NCBI GenBank assembly: GCA_010015805.1
Contig: ML978136.1
Coordinates: forward strand, 1-64,000
DNA: 64,000 bases
Direction: 5' to 3'
From: Rhizodiscina lignyota
Taxonomy: Eukaryota
Shown here: positions 36,287-49,800 of the stretch, piece by piece
Layout of the letters: each line of letters begins with the position of its first letter
Numbering within the stretch: the stretch's first letter is position 1
Notes under the pieces: generated by a model
Database searches by the model: none
The model's input: only the letters and a program-made list of their open reading frames with translations
What the model was told of the DNA's origin: nothing
Program-made: the position numbers and the translations under genes

Positions 36287-39200
36287 TCACACCCCTCCTC
36301 CGTCACATCCCTCCTCAGTCAGTGAACAGCTCTTGAAGAAATAGCAGTCGAAATCTCTTTGCCACGTCCCATCAGGATTCTGATACCAAGATTCACGCAA
36401 GTCACGTGTCCCACCTATGCTGCCACACGTACTCCTAGTCCAATTGTCCGCTCCAGTAACCAACTCGTTATCCCCAAAAACGTTATCTGCCACGGTGTTC
36501 CTGTGGGAGCCTATCTTAATCGTCGTGGACCACCGATCTGTTGGGTTTTGCACGTTAACGTAGAGGTTATCCTTTGCGTCCTGGGCTCCGGTGTTTTTCA
36601 TAGTGCTTAACAGTATTGGGAAGGAGAGCGTAGTTCCATACTGTGGGCCAGCGATCAGAGAGCTTTGGTAGGTGTAGGCCCACCAGACAATATGCCAGTT
36701 ACCATTCTTTCCAACCCATTGTCGGAGGTGGAGGCGTAGCCAGTTTGGGTTTGGAGCATGCGCAGCATCTGTGCCTTCGCCATGTGGCGGTGGAGCTTCG
36801 GTGGAGGCTGGGTTGGTCGCCGATGGAGGCGAAGATGACGACGACTTACGCAGACTCGGGATGACGCTGAGTAGACCATTCACCTCCTCGGACTTGGTTT
36901 TGGATTGAAGAGCAGCGGGGATAAGGCTTGCCAAGACACCGGCAATGTTCGCTGAGCTCGCAGAAGTCCTTGGAGACGTAGACTTTGACACCGAGGTTCT
37001 AGATGAGGCTGTCTGAGCCCGTGAACGCCGACTTGAAGTCCTTGAAGACGTAGACATTGACACCGACGTTGTAGACGAGGTCGTCTGAGCCCGTGATCGT
37101 CGAGTTGAAGTCCTTGAAGATGTAGATTTTGACACCGACGTTGTAGACGACGCTGTCTGAGTCCGTGAACGCCGAGTTGAAGGTGCTTTGCTACGCTTGA
37201 AGCTGGATGGAACAGGACACGCAGTCTTCGTCGCTATTAGTGCGCAAACGGATGGATATCGAGATACGTACAACCTACCAACTTCAATCCGGGAGGTGTA
37301 GATGCAATCCAGGTACCATTGATTGCAACAGTGATATCTGTGGCGGACATCATATTCGTGGCTAAGTTCGCCGTTGCAGTTGCTCGCCTACGAAGGTCTG
37401 GAGATTCGTCTGAGGCGCCTGGGATGGTCATGCATCGCATACTTCACCTGTAAGTAACTCCTCTAGCAAGGAAGATAATAGACTTACAAATGGTAGACTC
37501 CGTTGTACACGCTGGGCCAATTCGTAGGAGGCGTATAGCGATAAGTATAGCCAGGTGGAACGGGGGCAAAGTTGCTTGTTCTCTGCCAGGTAAAAGCAAC
37601 AAGAAGTCGTTTAGCTGTCCTTACAAAATCACGGGGGCTAAGGTCTGTAAATGACCATTGTGGAAGACTTGCATCGATATTTCGAGGCCAATCTTCTTCA
37701 GCGCTGTTCACAGCCGCAATGGTAAACCATTGAGCTAAAACACCTGCCTGTGTCATAGTTAGCCTGAGTCCTCCGTAAACAATAGGAGTACTTACCACCG
37801 CCGGAGCGGAAAAACTAGTACCATGAGCGAGTTTAGTCCATCCAGGGTCATTTGGGTTATTTCCAGCAACACGCACGTTCCTAGATGGCGCATATATCGT
37901 TGTAGAGGCTCGAGATTGCCCGCGAGGTGTTGTTACTAAATCTAAGGCGCCATTGTTGTCAACTCCCCCGACGACAACCAAGGAATTTTGGGGTCTTTCA
38001 AAAGCTTGAGGTAAAATTTCGTTAAGATACCCTGGTGTTGTCGTGCCACTGTCGATCTTCTGAAGCCCTTCATTGCCACTGGTGACTACAACGGTAACGC
38101 CCTCGTTTTCTAGATCATTGAAATTGTCCTTTATTTGGTTGCGGTCTCGCCGCGACATCTGGTTGACTGGGAGGCCTAACAGATGATTAGTTAACTTGAT
38201 TGTCTTGATGAGGAGGCATCGTCGTTTTAGTCATACCCCAACTCATGCTCAAAACGCTTCTTTTTTGATATTGCCCAGGGTCACTTCTCACCAAATCGAG
38301 CACATGCCTCATTCCAGCGTCGAACCCTCTCCAATTCACCTTGGCTTTACGTTCGCAGCCACCGTCGCCAGGATAATCAGGATTAACGAAATCTGCTACG
38401 ACTTTGATAAGGTAAAGGCGAGAATCTGACGCAACTCCAAGAGTTGATCCTCCAGCAATGCTTGCCATTTGCGTTCCGTGCCCTTCACAGAATGTATCGC
38501 CGTTATCAAGAGTGATACGATTTCCCCGCCAGTCATCTATGGTTTCAGGTAGCGCCCCAGTCGGGTCCTTCAGTATGGCACTGTTTCCGATGACTCGCAC
38601 GGTGGGAGCTCCTCCTCGACGATTTTGCAGTTCCTGTCCCCTATTAGTGAACCCTGGAAGGTTTTACTCTAAAACATAATACTCGGTTACGCACATTATG
38701 CTGTACATTGAAACCGCTGTCAAGGACGAATATAGTAGCGCCATAGCCGTTGGACTTGTCGAAACGATAAGGCGTGGTAATTGGTACGTTAGGGGCTTGC
38801 GAGACAAAGCGCAAATGACCCTCGCTGGGATCTCGTTCTAGCAAAATCGGATCGTCTTCAACGGGAGTGTCATCTCGTTTTCGCCTTGCACCCGTGACGT
38901 TTGTAGCGGTGACACTTCCGAAGAATACGTCATCTACATCAAATTCCACCAGTGGTGCACAACAGGCCACGAAATCCTGGCTTTGGACGTATTCACTCTC
39001 TTCTTCGGTCAAGTCAACGTTATACCCTTGGCTATCTCGGAAGTAACTACGGGCGCCACTCTTTCCCGCATCCCAGAGATGCTTCGAAAGAAAAGAATCG
39101 AAAGTATCATTTGAGGTCCCGAATTTGGTAACGAAGCCGTACGGTGAACGTACTACCGATGGAGATGGGCTAACTGTCTCGGGCGCTGCTTTCGTGGGAC

Positions 39201-40795
39201 TCTGTATCGTACTCGAAGTGTTGGTAGAAGTGATAATCGGGATATTGGGCTGAGCACTGTCCCAGTCAAACGCGGCAAAATCGTGGAGCGATTTCGTATT
39301 CAATGCGCCGAGGATGAAAAGGGTGCTGCCTGCGAGAGCACCGCTTGCGGTTGCTGGAGATCCCTGTAGGAAAAATGACCTGAGCAGGTCTGTCGCTTGT
39401 GACGCTATTTCCGGCGAGGTGCTCGTAAGACCCTTTGCTAGATTCTTCATTGTGGAGATCCAATTTTGCGCTATGCTAGTCTGGGGATAGGCATCAAAAA
39501 TTCTTCGAGAGGCGGTAGAAGTAACCTCTTGGCCAGTGGAGTCAAGCTCCGAAAGCTCGATACCAGACCCGGCCAACGCATCACTTAGTCCATTCGCGAG
39601 TGTGTCAGCAGATGAAGATGCACCTTTGATGACTCCCTGCAGTTGGCCAGCGAATTGAGCAGCATCTTCTTTAATGCTTCCTGAAAACCATCCTTTGGCC
39701 GTGCTTTCGGCGCTGGCGGCAGCCTTTGCCACGTCACCCGCAGCTTTGGATAGACCCTTTGCAGCATTGAAGAGACAACCTAGCCCCATGCAGTGGTGGC
39801 CTTTTGATTGAGGTGACCTCGATCCGACGGAGATAGTCTTTCCCGCCGACGTAAGCGTGGTACTCTGGCCAGCAAGTGGTACAGTAAAATGAGCATCACC
39901 AATAGCCACCATCGATGGCCCGAGTAACAGGGATGAAACCCCAGAGGGGTGTAAAAGAGGGATTAGAACGGTTCCAGAGATTGGAAGAGCGTATGTTGTG
40001 TCGTCGAATGTGACAAGTTTCTGCACATATGGAGCATTATCTGTGCTTGAAGCAGAACTGGTTGGACTATGCGAGGCCAAGGCGGAGGTCGTGGTGGTGA
40101 AGGCCGTCGTATGCCCGGCATCTCCACCATCTGAAGTCTCCGATCGTAAGGATGATGTAAGAAGCTTAGATTCGGAGGAAGTTTTCCTGATATGAGAGCT
40201 TGATGAAGTCAAAGGACTATTCAACGCCGAGGATGGCACCAAAGAAGTCGTATCGGGCACACTCGGCGATGAGGAGCTTGCTCTCGACCCTGCACCCACT
40301 GGAACGGTAGGTCGTTTCGTCATAGTGGTGTTACTGTGGGCAGCACGCGAAGGCCTTAAAGTTATAGTTGGATGTGACATTCCGGTGAGCGATGGTATCG
40401 ATGGCCGAGGGTGCCGACCAGTGCCACGCGATTGCACTGTTGAGTTGGTTACGTTGAAAGGCGCATTCGAAGCTGTCGATGAAAGTGGCAGCCTTCTCGA
40501 AGAGGAGAGTGCCACGGGAGAAGAAGACGGTATCTTTGGCACAGCTTCAGATAGATGCGGCACAGTCGCGATGCCTGACGTAGTGCCAAGAAGTGGAAAT
40601 GTTGTGTGATTCGCCGGTAAGGCTGCAGAGAACCCCTTAGATGGAGAAGAGACCGAGGCGGCCGACTGAGACGGCGAAGAACGCACGTCTGAGCGGCATG
40701 TGACGAGAATAGACAATAGGACGACAAGAAATATCTATATCACTCCGTTAGAAGAAGAATATGTGCTCTCTCCGGCGGCGTACGAATTTAAACAT
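36287..40795 (-). CDS. Large secreted modular subtilisin-like (S8) peptidase, multi-exon
   Basis: Microexon ATGTTTAAATTC plus exon 2 gives signal peptide MFKFIFLVVLLSILVTC; catalytic triad VLDSG / EGHGTQMASIAGG / HGTSFSAPAV; VTSGN oxyanion motif; RRKR site before the catalytic domain. Confidence 0.85.
36963..37178. repeat. Coding tandem repeat, 3 x 72 bp (24-aa S/T/R-rich units)
   Basis: Units start GAAGTCCTTG at 36963, 37035 and 37107; they encode variants of STRRSRTQTASSTTSVSKSTSSRT on the minus strand. Confidence 0.9.
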
Positions 40796-41832
40796 TGCCG
40801 GTCGTAAATCCAATGATGTGTTGTAGGCAGAAACGAAAGACCAGAACGTTAAATCAGGAGCACTTGGGGACTTTAGAGATTCAAAAGTTGATAGAGGAAA
40901 GAGCGTTCGCCATTGAACTTGGAGACGTAGACATGGGCTAAAAGACGACTGTGAGCATACCTATAAAGTCGCTTCGTCACTCCGATACCTAAACGCTGTG
41001 CCGCGACTTCTTCAGCGGGTTGAAGCATCCATGAAGATATCACGTCTAGGGGCGAAATATGTCTTGAAAATACGCCCCAGCTCTCCGAAGATGTTAGCGG
41101 TGAAATTGGGAGGTCTGAAACGCGATACCATCCATAGGCCAAGTGCGGCACTCCAAGCTGTAAAGCGCCGATACCAGCGAGTTTAATTGGGGCTTTCAGT
41201 GATCTCCTCGGTGGCACATGATGCTCGAAGGGGGCGAATGAAATAGACACGTCTCACGATACGGCTTATAGAAAGGCAACAGGTTCTGAGAGCGGTGGCT
41301 TTAATGTCATAGTCGATTGGATTTGGGGCAAGGATTGCATAACAGTGGCACAGTATACAGATAGAAGAATCAAAAGTTGCCGAGACAAAAGATGCACTAT
41401 GAGTTCACGGAGGGATTCTTGAATGGAGCTTCTTACCATACTTTTTCAAGAGCTAATCTCAATCAGAGTTGAGCCGAGGTTAAGCCGAGTATCAACACGC
41501 CAAGATTGATTAACCAGCTAGGCGGGGCGGGTCACTTTTTATGTGAATAAAGCGGGCGGCTTAAAAGGTTCTTGGTTAGATGTATAGCGTTAAAAAGATT
41601 CATTGTTTCCTCCTTGTCATTAGTACGTTGCTCATTCCCTCACATGAATTAACATTCGAAACAGGTGGGATGGGAAAATATCTCCAATAGCACTTTTGAC
41701 GTCCCCATATCTAGAATAACGAATTATTGAAGTGGGACAAAGATAACCTCCATATGCTGCGACGATCAAGACAAATGCTCATATCTCCAAGCGCCAAATG
41801 ATGCATCTCGCAAAATTGTAAAAAGATTGCCA

Positions 41833-42207
41833 GGGATACGCTTAAGCTTGACGGTAGGAGGAGGTGAGTCCTCCAGTTCTAGTTTGAATTGTATCGGCGG
41901 CGACGATCGAATTATATCGTTGCCTAAGAGCCACGAACTGGAGACAACTAAATATAGCTTAGCGATATGAGATTAATAGGATTTGGCCCCGTCCGTCCTA
42001 GAACATAACTCAGTTGATCTACTGCTTCGTATTCTAGGACGGAACGGGTCAAAATCCCGTTGATCTCATATCCTTAAGCTATAATCAGTTATCTCTAGTT
42101 CCTAGCTCTCAATGCGACGATATAGTAATCCGATCGTCGCCACCCATACAGGTTAAACTGGAACCGGAGGACTCACCACCTCCTGCCGTCAAGGTTGAGC
42201 GTATCCC
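41833..42207. repeat. Long imperfect inverted repeat (fold-back), ~170-bp arms with a short loop
   Basis: Manual alignment: 41833-~42004 is the reverse complement of ~42031-42207 at roughly 80% identity (GGGATACGCT..GGTGAGTCCTCC..GGCGACGATCG..GATATGAGAT..CCGTCCTAGAA). Confidence 0.92.
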
Positions 42208-42284
42208 CTCAGCGCGAAAGAGTTTGATGCCACCCATATGTTCATAAATCTATCATACAAGACCTCCTTTATACATACGTGTTC

Positions 42285-44289
42285 TCAAGTACTACCGTTC
42301 ACAGTCCCATATCCATGCCCTCTCCTATCATTCGGTGCCACATCCTCCTCTTCAATGGCGCCCATATCTGCACCAGGCATTAGCCTCTCATGCTCTTGCG
42401 CGGCGTGGGCTTCCTCCTGCAACATGTCGTGCGCAAGTGTCCTGCTCTTCTTATACACAAAGCCGACAAGACCAATGCCGATGATAAGTGCGATGCCGAG
42501 CAGGATCAGGTTCACTGGGATCGGGTTGTTGTTGAAGACTTTGTGAGTAAGAGCATCAAGGAGGGATTGAGAAAAGTTGAAGAGACCAGCGAGACAGATT
42601 ATCAGGCCGTAGACTTTGCCAAAGGTTGCGAAGCCGAAGACTTTAGCAGAGTAATCGCTACCGTCAGGTTAGCATATGCGTCACAGGGGCATTGATGATA
42701 CTGAGGGGAAACATACGACACTGTGGTGTAGTAGAATGGACGATACACCACAAAGACGCAGACATTCGCATACGCAGCCCACATCTCCGGAATGACGCCA
42801 AGCACACCAATAGCCGTCGCAAAAGTCACCAGCAGACTGAGCACTAGCGGGGTACTGGTATTATCCAGGACCAACCCGATAAATGGGACACTGATCACTC
42901 CACCAAGCGGCAGCGCAACATCGAAGAATGAATTGATCTGCACCGCCTTGTTGTAGTCGCCGAGCAAGTACTCGTACTGCGGTCGGATTGTCGCAACGAA
43001 GTAATTGATACGCGTCATCTGCACCACAGTGAACAGTGTGATGAGAACGAACCACGGGCTAGCAATTTGCTGTCCCGCTGTCCGTCCATGCAGTGCTCCC
43101 CATACGCCACTGGTGTGCTTCTTTTCCTCTTCTTTCTTCGTCTGTGCCTCTGCGTCCTTTGTACCTAACAGACTGGTTATCTCGGATATGACAGATTCAC
43201 GACGTACCCGGCGCTCTTCCTGTACTCGTGCGGCATCATGCGGTGCCAGCTCGCCGTCTGAGTCGTGGACGTCGACGTCGAAGTTCGTTTCGACTTCCGT
43301 GACGAGCTCGCCGACTGTTTTGTAGGAGGACTTCGGCATGAGGAACATCTGTACGATGAGAATAAAGACAGGAACGACGAGATAGACGAGGAAGAATTTC
43401 TTGGGCCAGAAGCTACCGTCTGTCGCTTGGTAGATGAGCCTGTAGAACAGGAATATGGCACTGCTTGTGTCGAATGCTCCCGTTAGAAGAGCCAGAATGA
43501 GCCCGGAGTATTGTGGGAATGTGTTGCTGAGCTGGAAGCTGCTGATGAAGACGAATGGGCCCCCGATCGCGAGGAAGAGATAGCCTGGTATATATCCATC
43601 TACGGGCTTCATATCCCACGCGAAGGCAAAGAGGAGGGAGCCGAGCGTGAGGAAGAAGACACCGATGATGCCTGCGACTCGTGGTCCGAAGCGATCGAGG
43701 ATAGTACCGACTGGGAGAGCCACGACATTTGTGGATACAGCGGCACAGGTGAACATGAAATTGAGTCTGCGAGTAGTCCGAATGCATCAGTTCATGATCT
43801 TCCAAGAGGGATCGATTAAAAGACGAGAGTGCCGAGACATTTTTCATACCGTAGCTCTTGCTCGTAGCATACGCGCACGTTGCGATCCAATTCATCTTGT
43901 GTGCATTTGTCTTGGTACACTCCTTCTCGAATGAGGACAGGTTTTATGGCGGCATATCCGAAGACGATTCCGGCTGCGAGGAGGCAATAAATAACGGCGG
44001 TCGCAACCTGTACTGCTCACGCGATCAGCTTCTGTCTCTGTATGCCCCGTGCATGCTATCGCATCGCGCTTCACAGGAGCATTGAGTTCAATAAGAACAA
44101 CTTACATATTCTCTTCGTCTTGCTCACTTCAAACGCCCCCACAGGGACTTCCGCCGTATGCTCCGGAACCCATGTATCTACAGGGTTGAAGCTCAGTTTT
44201 CGGCGTTGCGATCCAGCCGGACTCATGCTGCTTCTTCTCGATAGCCGGTCATAGTCTTCGAGCGTGGAAAGTCTCTCTGCTAAAGACAT
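42285..44289 (-). CDS. FMP42: Fmp42/SLC43 (LAT3)-like MFS transporter, multi-exon
   Basis: AFEVSKTKRI..AAGIVFGYAAIKPVL, ALPVGTILDRFGPR, LTGAFDTSSA, QMTRINYFVATIR, KVFGFATFGKVYG. Confidence 0.85.
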
Positions 44290-45414
44290 CTTCTACTTCG
44301 CCTCTCGGCAGAGATTTTCTTCCCGCTGCGGAGTCGAATTGGCAACTAACGCACTCGATCGTTGGATTACCGACTGCAGGCGGGGATAGCAGCGAAGCTC
44401 CTGGGAGGTGTAGGCGGAGCTCAGTGGAAGGACTAGGGCCAGCTGAAGCTTGGGTAGTCAGGTGCGTGATCAAAGTGTGAGGACTTGAGCATTAGTGACG
44501 CAACAGGGTCCAAATGATCGGTACGAAAGTCAATCGCAAAAGATGACGAGCAATTGATGTATTACCGAGGAGAAAGATGAGCTCTAACGTTGATTGGAGG
44601 CTGGAAGGGGCTTTGAGGAGGCAAGGCCCCTCCAGCTCCCCTCATGGCGTTCGATTGAGATGGTAGTGCGGCGATAACGCAGTCAACGATTCACATAAAA
44701 CCCATCCGCGCTAGTACAATTGAAGACTAGCTTCGCGCATATCTGGGAGCTTGGGCCATCTGATCTCGGCTTGTGTCACAAATCTTCGAATTGCTCAATT
44801 CTTCGTACATGCGCGGGGTACTCCGTAACTCATTCATTTCTGGTGTGGGGTGGAGACTCCCTGTTTTATACATGAAACTGCTGCATCAAGAACAAGACGG
44901 AAACTGCACACAAATCCTACTTGTTCGAATGTCCCTGCGAGTGCTCATATTTGCCGAATTTCATCAGCAATGACTCAATTTCTGTTCAGAAAATTCGATT
45001 TTGGTGGAATATTTCAGCTTACTCATCCCCTCCATCCTACAAACGTGTCCGCTCAATCACCTTATGTGCGACAGTATCCGCTGAAGTTTAGGCTGCGTTG
45101 TTTAAGAAATCCACATGTTAATCTTGAACTCCAGCACAATTCTGGCTTATTATGAGAAGCACACCTTGTGTTTGATGCTCCGTTTGAGCCATATCCTCTC
45201 GTGTATTATCATTTAGATGCTTTTGATGCCATTAAGGTGCATGCAGCAATGAGCCTCCTAAGCAGTGGTATGTACCGGATTTCCCTTTGAGGGCCGTCAA
45301 AATTGATTTTAATAACGGTCTCAGTCCCATTTAAGCCTCACTCGCCGTTATGTAGGTAGTTAATTGTCAGGCTAAGCCGCCTTTTCGACTAGTTCGCGGT
45401 TGTGGTAGCCTCAG

Positions 45415-45448
45415 CGCGAACGCGTCGGACGCGTAGGTAAAGACGCGT
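45415..45448. promoter_or_regulatory. Cluster of three MCB-like (ACGCGT) elements plus CGCGAA
   Basis: ACGCGT at 45420, 45429 and 45443. Confidence 0.5.
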
Positions 45449-45688
45449 TCCCAGGGGTACTCTAATGAAACCTCTCTTCCTTCACTCCGTACTACACCTC
45501 TTTCCATCTGTATAGTTCCACTTCATTTCTCAAGTCAAACTATCAGTGGTATTTGCAGTTGTCTGTTCTTTTCGGCAATTGGACCAGCTCCCATCTAAAT
45601 TACAGAGTTCGCTCGGAGTAAGACTCCTTGTGCTCTTCCAACTGACCTCGCAACAGGAAAGGCAATTCTTGCAAACGATCATCCACAC

Positions 45689-46851
45689 TATGGGTGATTG
45701 CCAGGACATCAATTATCCCCAACTCAACGTCGGCGGAAGTCAGGCTAGTCGCATCACAGCGTCTGATTCGCCATTCCTCAAGTTACCTGTCGAACTCCGT
45801 TACTACGTATACAGCTATCTGCTCCCGAACGATATCATACCAGCCCGCCATGACACCTCCACGACCAGTGTCGCCGATCTCAGAAAGGACGGAGAAAAAT
45901 GTTCTATAGCTATTATGCGTGTGAATAAGCTCTTGTACCAAGAGACGTTGGATTATCTCTACAATGCTTGCACGATCGAGCTCGATATTGACCCTTACGG
46001 GATCCATTTCTGTGCAGACGGAGGGACACCTATCACGCTGCGTTCGGGAAAACTCGCGGCCTTTTTCAAATTCTTCCGGCGTATAGGTGAGAGTTGCGTC
46101 ATACGGCCGCCCTTTACGATTTGAAGAATTTGTAAAATTCTGGGACGACGACCCCGAAGAGTACAAAGTATTCGAACCCGGCAATAGGGTCAAGGACTTC
46201 ACCAATGTTTTCATTGATTCGATGTTACATCAGAATCAACGTCCTCTAAAACTACACCTTACGTATTACGACGACCGTCCTCTTCTAGGCTCCAGAGAGT
46301 ACAACGAGGACCATCTTCTCGACTTGAAGTGGCACATGCAGCCGTTCCTCAAGTTGAGAGGAATCCGTGCGGTCCATGCTCACTACCAACGGCACCCGGA
46401 GAATCTTGATGCGGACTCAGAGACTTCACGCCTTCTGAATTGGTTCGAGTACGAGGCACATCTTATGGGCCAGGACGATAGTCGCCTTCGGCTTGAAGAG
46501 AGTCAACGCATGCAGGCTGAAATTCTTGCCGAGATGCAGCAGTTCCTGGATAATCTCGCATCTACAATGGAAGAAACGACACCCTCAACGACACGACCGT
46601 GCACGTTTACCAAGCGTTGGAGTCAGCAAAAGCGTTGGATGGAACCATTTATGACAAAGATTATCGTTCATGCATTATTGTCCGATGAGATCTTGACCGA
46701 GCTCGCGAAGGAGTATTACCATGCTTGGGAAGCGCAGGATGAGAGTAACGTTCAAATTTTTCTAGCCGCATCAGCAAAGATAGACGGCATTATTGGAAGA
46801 CTGCCAGAAGAGCTCCAGCGTTTAATGTGGTGCTACCGGCGATGGATTTAG
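45689..46851 (+). CDS. Hypothetical protein with N-terminal F-box-like motif; frame break near 46088
   Basis: SPFLKLPVELRYYVYSYLL and IMRVNKLLYQETLDYLY; the reading frame changes at ~46087 (short intron or frameshift). Confidence 0.65.
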
Positions 46852-49800
46852 TTTAGAGAATATTCTTCCTTTTCCCGGCTACTCTTCCTCATGTTATGAT
46901 CTATCTCTCTATTAGCTTATATACTATTCGGGGAAGTTTTAGGCTATCTTACCTAGGATATTAATATATCGGTCTCGGACCTTACTACAATCATAGTTTG
47001 ATATTAAAAGGACACCGCTTTACCAAGGATGTGGGCGGGCTGCCCGTTGTGAATTTGGGTTTGCGAGCAGGTGCGCGATCAGCACAGGCAAAGGCAAAGC
47101 ACTCCCTTTGATATGGGGGCCAATGATCATGCAATGAGGGAGTCGGGGTGCACTGAGCGCTGTGATTCCGCGTTTGGAAGGAAGTACGCGAGCACAAAGG
47201 AGGCAACCTCATTGTTTTTGTGCCTGAAAGACAACTCACCGACGCTAGTCCTAAATTAGGATCGCGGGGCACGCAGGGGCGAGCTTCGCCATTCAACGAC
47301 ACCTCTGAATACACAGCATTTCCGAGCTTTATCAGCACTCCAGGCTCGAGTTTGAGGGCCCTGAGATGCCTTGAACCCTCGAGTGACCATTAGATCATAC
47401 GATTGACAATCGCTCCACCTCCATCACACCCCTCCGCCCTGCGAAGACTTTGCCCGAGGCAGTACTTGCCTATTGAACGTCCGGTGAGGATCGCTCGCGC
47501 GCTGCTCGGTCACCATGAAGAGACAAGAGGAGGCAAACGAGGACAGGCAACAAGGCAAAGAGATGCGAGATATTCGAGCAAAGTCATCCCTCCGTCCAAC
47601 CTACCAATGAAATCCGGCAACGTTACACACACACCTCATTCGTCCGGGTCCGTCCTTGTCCATGTCATTGACGAAAGAGTCCAGCTGCGTTGCTCCTGCG
47701 TCAATAGGAAGGAATACATTGGCTGGCATTACTTCGCATAACTTCTGATGGCTTTGAAATAACGGAATTCATGCAAAAAGTGTGCCGTGGGAGGCTGGCA
47801 ATGTTCATCAATCTTGTATAAGAGGTTGACTGCTCCACGAGATGAATTGGAAGAGGAAGCGTGCAGCCTCGTGGGCGTTGCATCAGTTCTACACTGCTGC
47901 TATAGCTTTTTTTGGTAGAGGGACTGAAACGATCTCTTACCAATCATTTCCAATCCCTTCTCAGTTGCCGTCAAGGGGCTTAGCATGATATCTAGCGAGC
48001 TGTTGTTTGTGGACTGGCTCCCACAATTGGCTGATATGGTATGTGTGAATCATCTTCCCGCGTTTTGATGCCGCTCACCGACCAACAGGCTTCACAGCTT
48101 AAAGAATGACACCGGTCTAAAGCAATTTCGCATCTCCCAAGTTAGAAGAGAATGTTGTAAGAGTGCGAGATTGCAAGTGCGCCGGCGCCCATCAGCTGTA
48201 ACTGTACCGAATGCATTCCATGCCCCGTAGTACTTGCATTCCTGTCGCAGCAACATCCAGATGCTTGCCTATCTCTCACTGAGGCAGGTAAACTATGAGC
48301 CGGTATAAACTATCCCTATCAAGGTTTAATTCCACCGCCTCCATACCGAGTCTTCTTAACCCCTTCAAGTTGACACAACAATTCACTGTAGTTTTCCGGT
48401 TAGAAAACATCGCAAATTCTGTTTCATCGCCGTTCGCATGTTCAAGGCACTGTCTTTTATCGCCATTAGCATTATGCCTCGCTTGTTCGTAGTGTAGTTC
48501 TTTGTAGTCACCCTAGATTCTCTACCGTCACAAGACTCGAACAGAAGCTGGTTCCGGAATTTGTTCAATTTAGCCTGGTTATCGTATCCTTATCATTGCA
48601 CCTGCGATTCCAATGCTCAATTTATTCAAGGGTCACTTTCTTTCCGTCTTGCTCCTCCAGAAGCGTTCTCGGACCGAGCATTTGATTCAAAGTAGCGCAA
48701 AGAGCATACTTTGAGGCGGCCATAGGCAGATTCAGGCAACGGGGCACCTTTGCGGCCCTTGCGACCCTCGCAGCTCTCACTTGTGGTTTCCAAGAGGTCT
48801 TCTTGCAACTGCGGCCCCGCCCTAATCCGTTTTCATATTCGGTGTACGTCCAATCTGCGTTCCTTCTCGGTCGAACGGTTCTTGGCAGATTGCTTTCTGC
48901 CTGGCCCTTCTCAACTCAGAAGGAAGCTCATCACACCGGAACCATACCATCATCTGCGCCAGCCCTACGGGAATACACGGGGTCGTAGATGCTGCGACAA
49001 ATGTCAACTCGCTGCTGCCGCCAATAGACTCAGTGCACATGATATCTGTCTCCAGTAGCAGAGGCATGCGCATTACCCCTACAGCAGGCGAGGATCTCAA
49101 ATTGGTTAGCCCCGCAGGGCGCAGGGCTCAATATCTGGGCTGCCTTCATTCGAATTGCCTTTCTCGGTTTTAAGCTCACGTTACAACTGCAGGCCTATCT
49201 GTTTGGAGCTTCTGATGGAAATGGTCTTTCGCCCCCAAGTTGCTTCCCACAGCGTCGCCCTTCGGGATGGCTCCGCAAAAGCCAGCAGGAATTTGCATAG
49301 GCAACGTAGAAAACGCCTTTCTATGACGATGGCGCCCAGTCTCCGGGCGGTCTACTGTGCGGCCTCTTTCAAGTCGCCCTTCGACAAGCCTTCCCGAGTG
49401 GCTGACGACTTCACTAAACTGCTCCACATCGCCGCTCAATCACTTGATCGTTTAACAGGGGACTTCTCGCGCTTCCGTATGGTGAATCAACCAAGGCAAT
49501 GCTGATACTTGGTGGGGACAGAGGAAGCCTTGAAAGAAAGGCGTCTTTCTCTTCGCCGCCTGCGCCATAGTTTCTTCCTATTTAACAACGCCATTTGCAC
49601 GATCGAGTCCTCTTCATCATTGCTTTGCGAACTCACTCTGATTCCACTCACCACCAGGCATTTGACCGGATCATCATTCTGTCTTAGTTCCCACTGCTCC
49701 ATTCCACAAGATTTACAAATCGTACGAACAACTTCATACCAGCATGCCTGATTATCAGCAGTTCTATTGCTGCGCATGCGGCTATGGCCCAATTGGGATG

